A DNA stretch of 64,000 nt. Origin: Oscillospiraceae bacterium. GTDB taxonomy: Bacteria; Bacillota; Clostridia; Oscillospirales; CAG-272. The translations under genes were made by a program, and so were the position numbers. The notes below the pieces were generated by a model. That model was given only the letters and a program-made list of their open reading frames with translations. It did not search any database and had not been told where the DNA came from. The stretch lies in NCBI GenBank assembly GCA_015064085.1, contig SVSX01000001.1, forward strand, positions 14,172 through 78,171, written 5' to 3'. Below are positions 37,861 to 47,828 of the stretch, one piece after another (position 1 is the first letter of the stretch; every line of letters starts with the position of its first letter).

Positions 37861-38376
37861 TCATATTTCGGTAATAGTATCGTCATACGCTCTGAATTCA
37901 CTGTGAAGCTTCATAGGCTCTGCGTCATCGGCAGGGTATCCGATAGGAAGCATCGCGGTTATTTTTATATTTTCGGGAAGCTCCAGCGCAAGTCTTATAT
38001 CCTCAGAGTTAAAGTAACCTACCCAGCACGAGCCTATTCCCTGATCAAACGCCGCAAGCATCATATGTGTGCAGACAATAGCCGCGTCGGTCTCTCCTGA
38101 GGAGTACGGCGGCATAAGCTTGTTTTTCCAATCACGCTCCTTATCGTATCCCACAACAAGTATGACAGGTGCGTCAAATGTATATCTGCAGACCTTGGCA
38201 ATTGCTTTTTTATACTCGGGATTTTTCACAACGTATATTTTCTGCGGCTGGTAATTACACGCTGTGGGGGCTACCCTACCCGCCTCAAGTATCGCCGAAA
38301 GCTTTTCTGCAGCAATATCATCACCTTTGAATTTGCGAACCGAATAACGCGCTCTCACAAGTTCTTCAAATTTCAT
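37861..38376 (-). CDS. nitroreductase family protein
   Basis: RYSVRKFK..RVAPTACNYQPQKIYVV at the N-terminus. 171 aa. Confidence 0.8.
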   Translation of the reverse strand: MKFEELVRARYSVRKFKGDDIAAEKLSAILEAGRVAPTACNYQPQKIYVVKNPEYKKAIAKVCRYTFDAPVILVVGYDKERDWKNKLMPPYSSGETDAAIVCTHMMLAAFDQGIGSCWVGYFNSEDIRLALELPENIKITAMLPIGYPADDAEPMKLHSEFRAYDDTITEI

Positions 38377-38386
38377 ATTTTTCTCC

Positions 38387-38839
38387 TTAGATCATCGCAA
38401 GTATCTCAGCCGCGTTGGTATCGGGCTTGACCTTTGGCATAATTCTCTCTATCTTTCCTTCTTCGTCGATTATAAAGGTAGTGCGCACAACGCCCATAGT
38501 TGTCTTTCCGTAAAGCTTCTTTTCCTGCCAGACGCCGTAAGCCTCTATGGCGCGAAGCTCGGGATCTGAAAGTATAATGAACGGAAGACCGTGCTTTTCG
38601 GCAAATTTTGCGTGTGAGGCAACACTGTCTCGGCTTATTCCGATAACCTCGACTCCTTTTTCAAGAAATTCACGGTACGCCCCCGCAAAGGCACACGCCT
38701 GTCTTGTACACCCGGGTGTATTATCCTTTGGATAAAAATAAAGTACGACCTTTTTTCCAAGGAAATCCGACAACGAGACCTCCTTGCCGTCCTTATCACA
38801 CAATGTAAATTCAGGCGCTTTGACTCCAATTTCAAGCAT
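38387..38839 (-). CDS. bcp: thiol peroxidase / peroxiredoxin Bcp
   Basis: The peroxidatic Cys context is YFYPKDNTPGCTRQAC. The ATG at 38839 is preceded by AAGGGGGGA. Confidence 0.85.
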   Translation of the reverse strand: MLEIGVKAPEFTLCDKDGKEVSLSDFLGKKVVLYFYPKDNTPGCTRQACAFAGAYREFLEKGVEVIGISRDSVASHAKFAEKHGLPFIILSDPELRAIEAYGVWQEKKLYGKTTMGVVRTTFIIDEEGKIERIMPKVKPDTNAAEILAMI

Positions 38840-38910
38840 ATCATATCCCCCCTTAATCATTTACATCATTATAACACATTTTTTCTCTTTTTTCAATATT
38901 CTTTTTTATA

Positions 38911-38939
38911 TTGAAAAATATCACGGAATGTGGTAAAAT
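38911..38939 (+). promoter_or_regulatory. sigma-A type promoter (TTGAAA-17-TGgTAAAAT) for the GTPase-NYN gene
   Basis: The -35 is at 38911-38916 and the extended -10 at 38934-38939, about 30 nt before the ATG. Confidence 0.55.
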
Positions 38940-38969
38940 ATATTGTATTCATAAGAAAGGAGACGGTGT

Positions 38970-41555
38970 ATGAAAAAAAAGCTGACTATCGGCATTCTCG
39001 CCCACGTTGACGCGGGAAAAACTACCCTTTCGGAAGCACTGCTCTTCCTTTCGGGTAAAATACGGAAGCTTGGTCGGGTAGATCACAAAAACACCTATCT
39101 TGATACCCATTACGTCGAGCGTGAACGAGGCATTACTATATTTTCAAAACAGGCGCGTTTTTCAAGTGAGAGCTGTGATTTTATTCTTCTCGATACCCCC
39201 GGACACGTTGACTTTTCCGCCGAGACCGAACGCACTCTTTCACTGCTTGATTACGCAATTCTCGTTATAAGCGCTCCCGACGGACTCCAGAATCACACGC
39301 GCACTCTTTGGCAGCTCCTTGAGTTTTACGGCATCCCCACCTTTATTTTTGTCAATAAAACCGACATTTCAATAAAGCTGAAGGACGAGATCGAATACGA
39401 GCTTACAAGCGCTCTTTCAAAATGTTGCGTAGCTTTTCACGAAAAGCAGACACTCTCGGAGAGAGATGAGAAATTAGCCCTTGTGAACGAGGATCTTCTC
39501 GATGCCTTCCTTGACGGAGAGACGATCGATGACGGAGATATTGCCACGCTGATCAGCGAGCGCCGTCTCTTCCCTTGCCTTTTCGGCTCTGCGCTTCGAA
39601 TGGAAGGAGTCGAATTTCTCCTTAACACCATCGACAAATATACCCTCGCGCCCGTTTACAGCTCACCTCAATTCGGCGCAAAGGTCTATAAAATAAACCG
39701 ATCGGGAGGGATGCGGCTAACATATATGAAGGTCACGGGAGGATCTCTCAGCTCACGTGACGAAATTTCCTATATCTCAGTTGACGGAAAAAGGATCACC
39801 GAAAAGGTGAATTCGATACGTCTTTATTCGGGTGATAAATTTGATCAGGTCGACTCTGTCTCGGCGGGAGAGATATGCGCCGTCGTAGGTCTATCCGCCA
39901 CCTATGTCGGTCAGGGCCTCGGAATGGAATGTGACACCTGCAAACCAATACTTGAGCCCGTGCTCTCCTTCAGAATAGAGCTTCCGTCGGGCTGTGATCC
40001 CGTTCTCTATCTTCCAAAGCTCAAGGAGCTTGAGGAGGAAGAGCCCTCTCTGCATCTTTCCTGGAATGAGGAGCTGAGGCAGATAGAAGCCCACCTTATG
40101 GGCGATATTCAGATCGATCTTCTTAAGCGAATGATATCCGACCGTTTTTCCATAGACTGCGAATTTGGCACGGGAAGGATACTATACAAGGAAAAGATCG
40201 CTAAAAGGACTGTTGGCGTCGGTCATTTCGAGCCTCTTCGCCACTATGCCGAGGTCCAATTTCTCATTGAGCCCCAGCCTAAGGGCACAGGTCTTATTTA
40301 TGACACTAATCTTCCCGAAAATATACTCGAGATAAATTGGCAGAGGCTTATCCTCTCGCATCTTTACGAGAAGACCCACCGCGGCACACTTACGGGAGCT
40401 CCGCTGACAGACACAAAGATAACTCTTGTGGCAGCTAAGGCTCACCTTAAGCACACCGAGGGCGGAGATTTCCGTGAGGCAACATACAGGGCGGTACGCC
40501 ACGGACTTATGAAGGCGGGCTGTGTGCTCCTTGAGCCATATTATAAGCTTCGGCTTGAAACGCCCAACAGCTTTGTGGGCAGAGCAATGGCAGACCTTCA
40601 GTCTATGAGCTGTGAGTTTGAGATAGAATCTTCCGACGAAGCTGTCTCGGTGATATCTGGAAAAGGACCTGTAGCTGAGCTTCACGGCTATACGAGGGAG
40701 CTTATCTCATACACTCGCGGTGAGGGAAGATTATCTCTCGTCTTTGACGGATATCTTCCCTGTCACAATACCGAGGATGTGGTAGCAAAGGCAAATTACG
40801 ATCCCGAGGCTGACCTTGAAAACACGCCTCATTCGGTGTTTTGTGAGCACGGCGCGGGGTTTGTTGTTCCCTGGCAGGAGGTAGACAGCCACAAGCATCT
40901 TGATGCGGGTATATCACTATCATCCTCCGAAATAACAATTATTCCAAGGGCATCGGGACTCGCAAAAAAATACGATCTGAGCGACGATGAGCTTGAGGCG
41001 ATAATGCTCAGAGAATTCGGTCCGATACGAAGAAAAAAATATACCGAACCTAAGAAGATATCGGCAGATCAAGACTTAAGGAAGCAAAAAAAGCGAGAGC
41101 TTTCACCGCAGAAGGGCCTTGTTATCGTTGACGGCTATAACGTGATCCACTCCTGGGACGCTTTAAAGGAGCTTGCCGAGTTCAGTCTCGAAAAGGCGCG
41201 CGAGGCGCTTATGGACATACTAAGCAATTACGTAGCCTACACAAAGACCGAGCTGACGCTAGTATTTGACGCATACCTCGTTAAGGACGGTATGGGCTCG
41301 GACTTTATCCACGACGGCTACAGAGTCGTATATACCCGTGAGGACGAAACGGCTGACACCTTCATTGAAAAAATGATGCACGAGCTTGGACCTAACTATA
41401 ATATCCGTATGGTAACGGGAGACCGACTTCTCCAGTTTTCCGCCGTCCGCTCGGGTATTCTCAGAATGACCGCTAAGGAATTTGAGGACGAGGTAACTGC
41501 CGTCGGAAACGCGATAACAGATTTTGTAAAAAAACTATCTGAAACACAGAAATAA
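38970..41555 (+). CDS. EF-G/TetM-like translational GTPase fused to a C-terminal YacP/Rae1-type NYN ribonuclease domain
   Basis: G1 AHVDAGKTT, RGITI, G3 DTPGH and G4 NKTD, with a TetM-like body of about 640 aa. A basic linker follows, then VIVDGYNVIH, LVFDAY, ETADTFIEK and VTGDRLLQ, which match B. subtilis YacP motif for motif. Confidence 0.8.
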   Translation: MKKKLTIGILAHVDAGKTTLSEALLFLSGKIRKLGRVDHKNTYLDTHYVERERGITIFSKQARFSSESCDFILLDTPGHVDFSAETERTLSLLDYAILVISAPDGLQNHTRTLWQLLEFYGIPTFIFVNKTDISIKLKDEIEYELTSALSKCCVAFHEKQTLSERDEKLALVNEDLLDAFLDGETIDDGDIATLISERRLFPCLFGSALRMEGVEFLLNTIDKYTLAPVYSSPQFGAKVYKINRSGGMRLTYMKVTGGSLSSRDEISYISVDGKRITEKVNSIRLYSGDKFDQVDSVSAGEICAVVGLSATYVGQGLGMECDTCKPILEPVLSFRIELPSGCDPVLYLPKLKELEEEEPSLHLSWNEELRQIEAHLMGDIQIDLLKRMISDRFSIDCEFGTGRILYKEKIAKRTVGVGHFEPLRHYAEVQFLIEPQPKGTGLIYDTNLPENILEINWQRLILSHLYEKTHRGTLTGAPLTDTKITLVAAKAHLKHTEGGDFREATYRAVRHGLMKAGCVLLEPYYKLRLETPNSFVGRAMADLQSMSCEFEIESSDEAVSVISGKGPVAELHGYTRELISYTRGEGRLSLVFDGYLPCHNTEDVVAKANYDPEADLENTPHSVFCEHGAGFVVPWQEVDSHKHLDAGISLSSSEITIIPRASGLAKKYDLSDDELEAIMLREFGPIRRKKYTEPKKISADQDLRKQKKRELSPQKGLVIVDGYNVIHSWDALKELAEFSLEKAREALMDILSNYVAYTKTELTLVFDAYLVKDGMGSDFIHDGYRVVYTREDETADTFIEKMMHELGPNYNIRMVTGDRLLQFSAVRSGILRMTAKEFEDEVTAVGNAITDFVKKLSETQK

Positions 41556-41580
41556 CAAAGGGCTGCGTCGCAGCCCTTTG
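41556..41580. terminator. bidirectional terminator hairpin
   Basis: CAAAGGGCTGCG-T-CGCAGCCCTTTG followed by TTATTTT. Confidence 0.75.
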
Positions 41581-41585
41581 TTATT

Positions 41586-42434
41586 TTAAAATTCTATTTT
41601 GTCAGGATGAAGTCCCGATCCGCCGAAGTTCGGAAGTCGGTCTATTATCGCCATATCCTCATCGGTTATCTCAAAATCAAAGACCTTGGAATTTTCAATT
41701 ATTCTCGACGGTGTGACAGATTTCGGGAGAGGGAGAGTTCCCTTCTGCAAGCACCAACGAATACAGATCTGAGCGACAGATCTGTCATATTTTTTTCCAA
41801 GCTCTATAAGAGTCTCGTTTGTAAGCATCCTACCGGTACCGAGAGGGCTCCACGCCTCAACGAGTATCCCGTTTTTCCTGCAATATTCCACAGTTTCACT
41901 CTGCATATATCCGGGGTGGAATTCTATCTGATCCACCATAGGAGCTATCTCTGTTTCCATAAGGGGCTCAAGGTGATGAGGGAGGAAATTGGAAACACCT
42001 ATCGCTCTGATCCTACCCGACTTATAAAGCTCGGTCATTGCCTTCCACGTACCGAGGTTAAGCTCCTTCCAATCATCAAACCTTTCGGGACTTGCGGGCC
42101 AGTGGATAAGATAAAGATCAAGATACCCAAGCTGAAGCTTTGACATCGTTCGCTCAAAGCCCTCCATTGCGAGATCGTAGCCTCGGCACTTATTCCACAC
42201 CTTACTGGTAACGAAGATCTCCCCTCGGTCTATTCCCGACTCGCGTATCGCCTCACCGACACCGCTCTCGTTTCTGTATATAGCCGCAGTGTCGATATGT
42301 CTGTAGCCCGCCTCAAGTGCTGCTTTTACCGAGGAGATCGCCGTTTCACCGTCGGGGGTCTGCCAAGTGCCAAAGCCCACACAGGGGATCTCGACTCCAT
42401 TTGAAAGCTTATATACGTCTGTAATTTTTTTCAT
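41586..42434 (-). CDS. aldo/keto reductase
   Basis: PCVGFGTWQ, YRHIDTAAIY and LIHWP motifs. The ATG at 42434 is preceded by AAAGGAGAAAG. Confidence 0.85.
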   Translation of the reverse strand: MKKITDVYKLSNGVEIPCVGFGTWQTPDGETAISSVKAALEAGYRHIDTAAIYRNESGVGEAIRESGIDRGEIFVTSKVWNKCRGYDLAMEGFERTMSKLQLGYLDLYLIHWPASPERFDDWKELNLGTWKAMTELYKSGRIRAIGVSNFLPHHLEPLMETEIAPMVDQIEFHPGYMQSETVEYCRKNGILVEAWSPLGTGRMLTNETLIELGKKYDRSVAQICIRWCLQKGTLPLPKSVTPSRIIENSKVFDFEITDEDMAIIDRLPNFGGSGLHPDKIEF

Positions 42435-42563
42435 TTTCTTTCTCCTTTCACATAAGGTTATCCCTAAAACAATTATACCACATATACTCCCTTGACACAA
42501 CGTTTTTTTTATTATTTTTTGATAAAAATAATGATTTTCTTAATATAAAAAAGGACTATTTTG

Positions 42564-42592
42564 TTGACAAATCGGGTTCATTATGATATAAT
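42564..42592 (+). promoter_or_regulatory. consensus sigma-A promoter (TTGACA-17-TATAAT)
   Basis: The -35 is at 42564-42569 and the -10 at 42587-42592, upstream of the symporter-paaK-ior cluster. Confidence 0.65.
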
Positions 42593-42632
42593 AATTCTAT
42601 TATACTATTTTGTGTTATTACGGAGAATACAA

Positions 42633-44174
42633 ATGGCGCTTGACTACATCATTCTCGCAATTTACGCCTTAGCGATGATCGCAGTCGCGATCTATACAAA
42701 AAACCGATCGAGCTCGGTGAACGACTTCCTTCTCGCAGGAAAAAAGGGACTTAATGGCTGGATGACTGCTTTTGCTTACGGCACGACATATTTCTCAGCC
42801 GTTATTTTTATCGGTTACGCAGGTCAGTTTGGCCGCTCCTTCGGACTCGCTTCGGTCTGGATCGGTATTGGAAATGCCGTTATCGGTACGCTTATTGCCT
42901 GGCTCGTCCTTGCAAAAAGAACGAAAAATATGACCCGAAGACTTGGCGCGAAAACTATGCCCGAGTTTTTCGAGAAGCGCTACGGAGACAAAAAGCTTAA
43001 GCTCCTTTCGGCAGTTATTATCTTCATATTCCTTATTCCCTACTCCGCTTCGGTATATAACGGTCTCAGCAGCCTTTTCGAGATAGTATTCGGAATTGAG
43101 GGTTGGATAATTATGATCGCCCTTGCCGCACTCACTGCTGTCTATCTTTTCTTCGGCGGTTATTTTGCCACGGCGCTTTCGGATTTCATTCAGGGCATCA
43201 TTATGATAGTCGGTGTCGTTAGTATGATATTATGCTTTATGAATTCAGAACAGGTAGGCTGGGATATATCAAAACTTGTGACCGACAATAATCTCACTTG
43301 GTTTACCTTTGATGCCGACAGCAAAGGGCTTTACGGAAGCACTGTATCCCTTCTCTCGCTTATATTCCTCACATCCTTTGGCGTTTGGGCGCTTCCCCAA
43401 ACGGTACATAAATACTACGCGATCCGTGACAAAAAGGCTATTATGCAGGGCATTGTGGTAAGCACCGCGTTCGCCTTACTGATCGGCTTTATCGCTTATT
43501 TCACGGGTGCGCTCAGCGCATTCTTCCCCGAGGTAGCAAACGTCCCTCACGCACAGGTCATACCGATAATGCTGAGCATAGTTATCCCAACGGGACTTAC
43601 GGGTATTATTGCGGTCCTTATTCTCTCGGCAAGTATGTCTACCCTTGCCTCGGTCTCACTCGTAAGTGCTTCGGTCATCTCGGTCGATATTTACAAGGGC
43701 GCTGTAAACAGAGGCGCTACCGACAAAAAAGTGACGATCGTTATGAGATCGTTCTGTCTGCTTTTCGTAGCGACATCGGTCATTATTGCTATTCTTAACG
43801 AAAAATTCGGTATTGCCGCTATTGCCTATATGATGGGAATAAGCTGGGGAACGCTTGCGGGCTGCTTTATTGGTCCTTTCGTTCTCGGCGTACTTTGGAA
43901 AAAGGTCACAAGATCGGCGGTCTGGTGCTCCGCTATTGGTTCGCTTATACTCACGGCTGTGCTTATCGTGGTTTTCGGATACGACAAAAACGATTGGAAC
44001 TGCTCATTTGCTACAGCGCTTAAGGACGGAGTCGCAACATCTCCCCTTATAGGTGTCATTTGTATGGCATTTTCCATCGTCATTACCGTCGTTGTGAGCC
44101 TTATAACAAAAAAGCTCGATAACCAAACGGTCTACAACGCATTTGACAAGCCCCTTGAAGGCGAAATAAAATAA
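42633..44174 (+). CDS. sodium:solute symporter family transporter
   Basis: About 13 TM segments, SSF-like. The start is taken at MALDYIILAIY, after GGAGA. Confidence 0.75.
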   Translation: MALDYIILAIYALAMIAVAIYTKNRSSSVNDFLLAGKKGLNGWMTAFAYGTTYFSAVIFIGYAGQFGRSFGLASVWIGIGNAVIGTLIAWLVLAKRTKNMTRRLGAKTMPEFFEKRYGDKKLKLLSAVIIFIFLIPYSASVYNGLSSLFEIVFGIEGWIIMIALAALTAVYLFFGGYFATALSDFIQGIIMIVGVVSMILCFMNSEQVGWDISKLVTDNNLTWFTFDADSKGLYGSTVSLLSLIFLTSFGVWALPQTVHKYYAIRDKKAIMQGIVVSTAFALLIGFIAYFTGALSAFFPEVANVPHAQVIPIMLSIVIPTGLTGIIAVLILSASMSTLASVSLVSASVISVDIYKGAVNRGATDKKVTIVMRSFCLLFVATSVIIAILNEKFGIAAIAYMMGISWGTLAGCFIGPFVLGVLWKKVTRSAVWCSAIGSLILTAVLIVVFGYDKNDWNCSFATALKDGVATSPLIGVICMAFSIVITVVVSLITKKLDNQTVYNAFDKPLEGEIK

Positions 44175-44199
44175 ATTAAAAATAATTAAAGGTGTTACA

Positions 44200-45498
44200 A
44201 TGATTTGGTCAAAAGAAGAAACTTTACCCAGAGAGGAAATTGAAAGACTGCAGCTTGAAAGGCTGCAGGAAACGGTATCGAGAGTTTACGAAAAGGTAGC
44301 TCCCTACCGCAAAAAGATGGATGACGCGGGAGTAAAGCCCGAGGATATAAAGAACCTCGCCGATCTTTCAAAGCTCCCCTTCGTTACAAAGCAGGATATG
44401 AGAGACAACTACCCCTTCGGTCTTTTCGCAGTTGACAAGGACGATCTTGTCAGAATCCACGCATCCAGCGGAACAACGGGAAAGCCTACTGTTGTCGGAT
44501 ACACCAAGGGAGATCTTGATACCTGGACAGAATGTGTTTCGAGAATCGCTTGTATGGGCGGAGCTTCCTCAAAGGACATTGCTCAGATCTGCTTCGGATA
44601 CGGTATGTTTACAGGCGCGCTCGGACTCCATTACGGTCTCGAGAATATCGGTGCGGCGATCGTTCCCTCATCTACGGGAAATTCGCAGAAGCAGATAATG
44701 TATATGCAGGATTTTGAGACCTCGCTGCTCGTGGCAACTCCCTCTTACGCCTTAAGACTTGCCGAGGTGGCACGGGAGATGGGAGTTGATCCCATAAAGG
44801 ATCTTAAAATCAAGACAGCTCTTGTGGGAAGTGAGCTTCTTACAGACGCTATGAGAGAGGAAATGCACAAATATTGGGGCGAGGATCTCCAGATCACCTC
44901 CAACTACGGTATGAGTGAGCTTATGGGCCCCGGTGTTTCGGGAGAATGCACTGAGCTTTGCGGAATGCATATCAACGAGGACTACTTTATTCCCGAGATC
45001 ATCGATCCAAAAACAGGAGAGGTGCTCCCCGCGGGTGAGCAGGGAGAGCTTGTTATCACCTGCATCAAGAAGGAGGGACTCCCCCTCATTCGTTACCGTA
45101 CAAAAGATATAACACGTCTCTTCTATGAAAAGTGCAAGTGCGGAAGAACCTTCTGCCGTATGGAAAACCTTTCGGGAAGAAGCGACGATATGCTCAAGAT
45201 ACGCGGCGTAAACGTATTCCCAAGCCAGATAGAAGAGGTCATACTCAGCTTCGAGGAGCTTGGTCCTCACTATGAGATCGTCCTTGAAAGAGACGGATAT
45301 CTCGATAAGCTCACTGTAAAGGTCGAGCTTGCTCACAGCACAGACTCCTTCTCTGTTCTCGAAAAAATATCAAACAACGTAAGAAACAAGCTTAAAGTCG
45401 TGCTTGGACTTGACGCCAAGGTAATGCTTGTATCTCCTAATACCCTTCAGCGATTTGAGGGCAAGGCAAAAAGAGTAAAAGATTTGAGAGGTATATAA
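44200..45498 (+). CDS. paaK: phenylacetate--CoA ligase family protein, copy 1
   Basis: 432 aa. IHASSGTTGKPTVVGYT is the AMP-binding P-loop, within a PaaK-type N-terminal and C-terminal architecture. Confidence 0.85.
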   Translation: MIWSKEETLPREEIERLQLERLQETVSRVYEKVAPYRKKMDDAGVKPEDIKNLADLSKLPFVTKQDMRDNYPFGLFAVDKDDLVRIHASSGTTGKPTVVGYTKGDLDTWTECVSRIACMGGASSKDIAQICFGYGMFTGALGLHYGLENIGAAIVPSSTGNSQKQIMYMQDFETSLLVATPSYALRLAEVAREMGVDPIKDLKIKTALVGSELLTDAMREEMHKYWGEDLQITSNYGMSELMGPGVSGECTELCGMHINEDYFIPEIIDPKTGEVLPAGEQGELVITCIKKEGLPLIRYRTKDITRLFYEKCKCGRTFCRMENLSGRSDDMLKIRGVNVFPSQIEEVILSFEELGPHYEIVLERDGYLDKLTVKVELAHSTDSFSVLEKISNNVRNKLKVVLGLDAKVMLVSPNTLQRFEGKAKRVKDLRGI

Positions 45499-45500
45499 AT

Positions 45501-47240
45501 ATGGCAAACAAAACTATTATGCTCGGCAATGAGGCAATTGCCAGAGGAGCTTACGAGGCCGGAGTAAAGCTCTCCAGCGCTTACCCCGGAACGCCAAGCA
45601 CAGAGATCAGCGAGTATCTCGCAAAATACGACGAGGTCTACACCGAATGGGCGCCCAATGAGAAGGTTGCCGCTGAGGTGGCGATCGGCGCGTCTATCTC
45701 GGGTGTCAGAAGCCTTGCGTGTATGAAGCACGTCGGTCTTAACGTTGCGGCAGACCCCCTGTACACATTTTCTTATACGGGTGTAAACGGCGGTTCTCTC
45801 TTCGTTGTGGCAGACGATCCCGGTCTTGCAAGCTCGCAAAATGAGCAGGACACAAGAATGATCGCAAGAGCGGCTCACGTTCCCGTTCTCGAGCCTTCCG
45901 ACAGTCAGGAGGCAAAGGATTTCGTTAAGTACGGATATGAGCTCAGCGAAAAATACGACACTCCCGTTATTCTTCGTACAACCACAAAGCTCGCTCACTC
46001 ACAGAGCGCTGTCGAGCTCTGTGACAGAGTTGAAGTGGAGGATAAGACATATGAGCGTCAGGTCCAGAAATACGTTATGATGCCCGCATCGGCTATCGGA
46101 AGACATCTTGTGGTTGAAGACAGAGAAAACCGTATGGCACTTGACAGCGCTTCCTTCCCTGTCAACAAGCTCGAGATAAATGACAGGAAGATCGGATTCA
46201 TAACCTGCGGAATTGCGTACCAGTACGTTAAGGAAGCTTGTCCCAACGCGAGTGTTCTTAAATTCGGACTTGTAAATCCCATATCTAAGAAGCTTGTTGA
46301 GGAATTTGTAAATCAGGTCGAAACCGTTTACGTTTTCGAGGAGCTTGAGCCCGTTATTGAGGAGCAGGTCAGAGCCTGGGGCTTTGAGGTCAAGGGCAAG
46401 GAGTGCTTCACACGTCAGGGTGAGTACAGCGCAAATCTCCTCAGAAGAGTAATTTACGGCAAGGATGAGGCAGTTTTTGAAAAGCAGGAAGCTCCCAACC
46501 GTCCTCCTATTCTCTGCCCGGGTTGTCCTCACAGAAGCGTATTCTCGGTCCTGAATAAGCTTAAAATACACGCATCGGGCGATATCGGCTGCTACACACT
46601 TGGAGCAGTTGCTCCCCTCGGCGTTATCGACACCACCATTTGTATGGGCGCAAGTATTTCCGCTCTTCACGGAATGGAAAAGGCTCGCGGTAAGGAATAC
46701 GTAAAAAATTGGGTAGCTGTTATCGGCGACTCAACATTCTTACATACCGGTATAAACTCACTTATTAATATGGTTTATAATAAGGCGAGCGGAACTGTTA
46801 TGATCCTTGACAACCGCACAACAGGTATGACAGGACATCAGGATCACGCGGCTACGGGAAAGACACTAAAGGGAGAGGAAACGAATGCAATCGACCTCGC
46901 TGAGCTTTGCCACGCCGTTGGCGTCAAAAATGTTATCGAGGTCAACGCATTCGACGTTGAAAAGCTTACGGCTGTCGTTAAGGAGAGCGTGAACAGCGAC
47001 GAGCTCACAGTTATTATTACAAAGTCCCCCTGCGTTCTCCTCAAGGGTCAGAAGTTCCCGAACAAGTGCGTCGCCGATCCCGAAAAGTGCAAGAAGTGCG
47101 GAATGTGCCTCAAGATCGGCTGTCCCGCAATAACAAAACAGGCTGACGGAACTATAAAGATAGACGAAACTATGTGCAACGGCTGCGGTCTTTGCAAGAA
47201 CTACTGCAAGTTTAACGCGATTGAAACGGTGGTGAGATAA
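45501..47240 (+). CDS. iorA: indolepyruvate:ferredoxin oxidoreductase alpha subunit
   Basis: 579 aa with a TPP-binding region and two C-terminal 4Fe-4S motifs (CKKCGMCLKIGCP and CNGCGLCKNYC). Confidence 0.9.
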   Translation: MANKTIMLGNEAIARGAYEAGVKLSSAYPGTPSTEISEYLAKYDEVYTEWAPNEKVAAEVAIGASISGVRSLACMKHVGLNVAADPLYTFSYTGVNGGSLFVVADDPGLASSQNEQDTRMIARAAHVPVLEPSDSQEAKDFVKYGYELSEKYDTPVILRTTTKLAHSQSAVELCDRVEVEDKTYERQVQKYVMMPASAIGRHLVVEDRENRMALDSASFPVNKLEINDRKIGFITCGIAYQYVKEACPNASVLKFGLVNPISKKLVEEFVNQVETVYVFEELEPVIEEQVRAWGFEVKGKECFTRQGEYSANLLRRVIYGKDEAVFEKQEAPNRPPILCPGCPHRSVFSVLNKLKIHASGDIGCYTLGAVAPLGVIDTTICMGASISALHGMEKARGKEYVKNWVAVIGDSTFLHTGINSLINMVYNKASGTVMILDNRTTGMTGHQDHAATGKTLKGEETNAIDLAELCHAVGVKNVIEVNAFDVEKLTAVVKESVNSDELTVIITKSPCVLLKGQKFPNKCVADPEKCKKCGMCLKIGCPAITKQADGTIKIDETMCNGCGLCKNYCKFNAIETVVR

Positions 47241-47241
47241 T

Positions 47242-47814
47242 ATGACAAAGAATATTATGATCGTCGGCGTTGGTGGTCAGGGCACTCTGCTCACAAGCCG
47301 AATTATTGGTAAAACCGCCCTTGAAATGGGGCTTGACGTTAAGATCTCCGAGGTACACGGTATGGCTCAGAGAGGCGGAAGCGTTGTAACCTTTGTTCGC
47401 TTCGGTGAAAAGGTATCCGAGCCTGTGGTCGAAGAGGGGCAGGCTGATGTTATAATCGCTTTTGAGAGACTTGAAGCTATGAGATATTCTCATTTCCTCA
47501 AAAAAGACGGTGTTCTCGTTGTTAATGATTGCAGGATAGATCCGATGACGGTGGTTATAGGCGCTAAGCAGTACCCCGAAAATATAATTGAGGAGCTCAG
47601 CAAGAAGCATACCGTTTACGCCATAGACGGACAGAAGATCGCTCTGGAGCTCGGAAACAGCAAGGTGCTCAATTCGGTTGTTCTCGGTTTTTCGGCTAAG
47701 CACATTGGATTTGACAAGGAGACTTGGCTCAGTGTTGTTGAAAGCACTGTTCCGCAAAAAACCATAGAAATTAATAAAAAAGCGTTCACCGAAGGGTATG
47801 ACACTATAAAGTAA
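47242..47814 (+). CDS. iorB: indolepyruvate:ferredoxin oxidoreductase beta subunit
   Basis: 190 aa starting IMIVGVGGQGTLL, immediately after iorA. Confidence 0.85.
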   Translation: MTKNIMIVGVGGQGTLLTSRIIGKTALEMGLDVKISEVHGMAQRGGSVVTFVRFGEKVSEPVVEEGQADVIIAFERLEAMRYSHFLKKDGVLVVNDCRIDPMTVVIGAKQYPENIIEELSKKHTVYAIDGQKIALELGNSKVLNSVVLGFSAKHIGFDKETWLSVVESTVPQKTIEINKKAFTEGYDTIK

Positions 47815-47828
47815 GGGGGAAAATAAAA

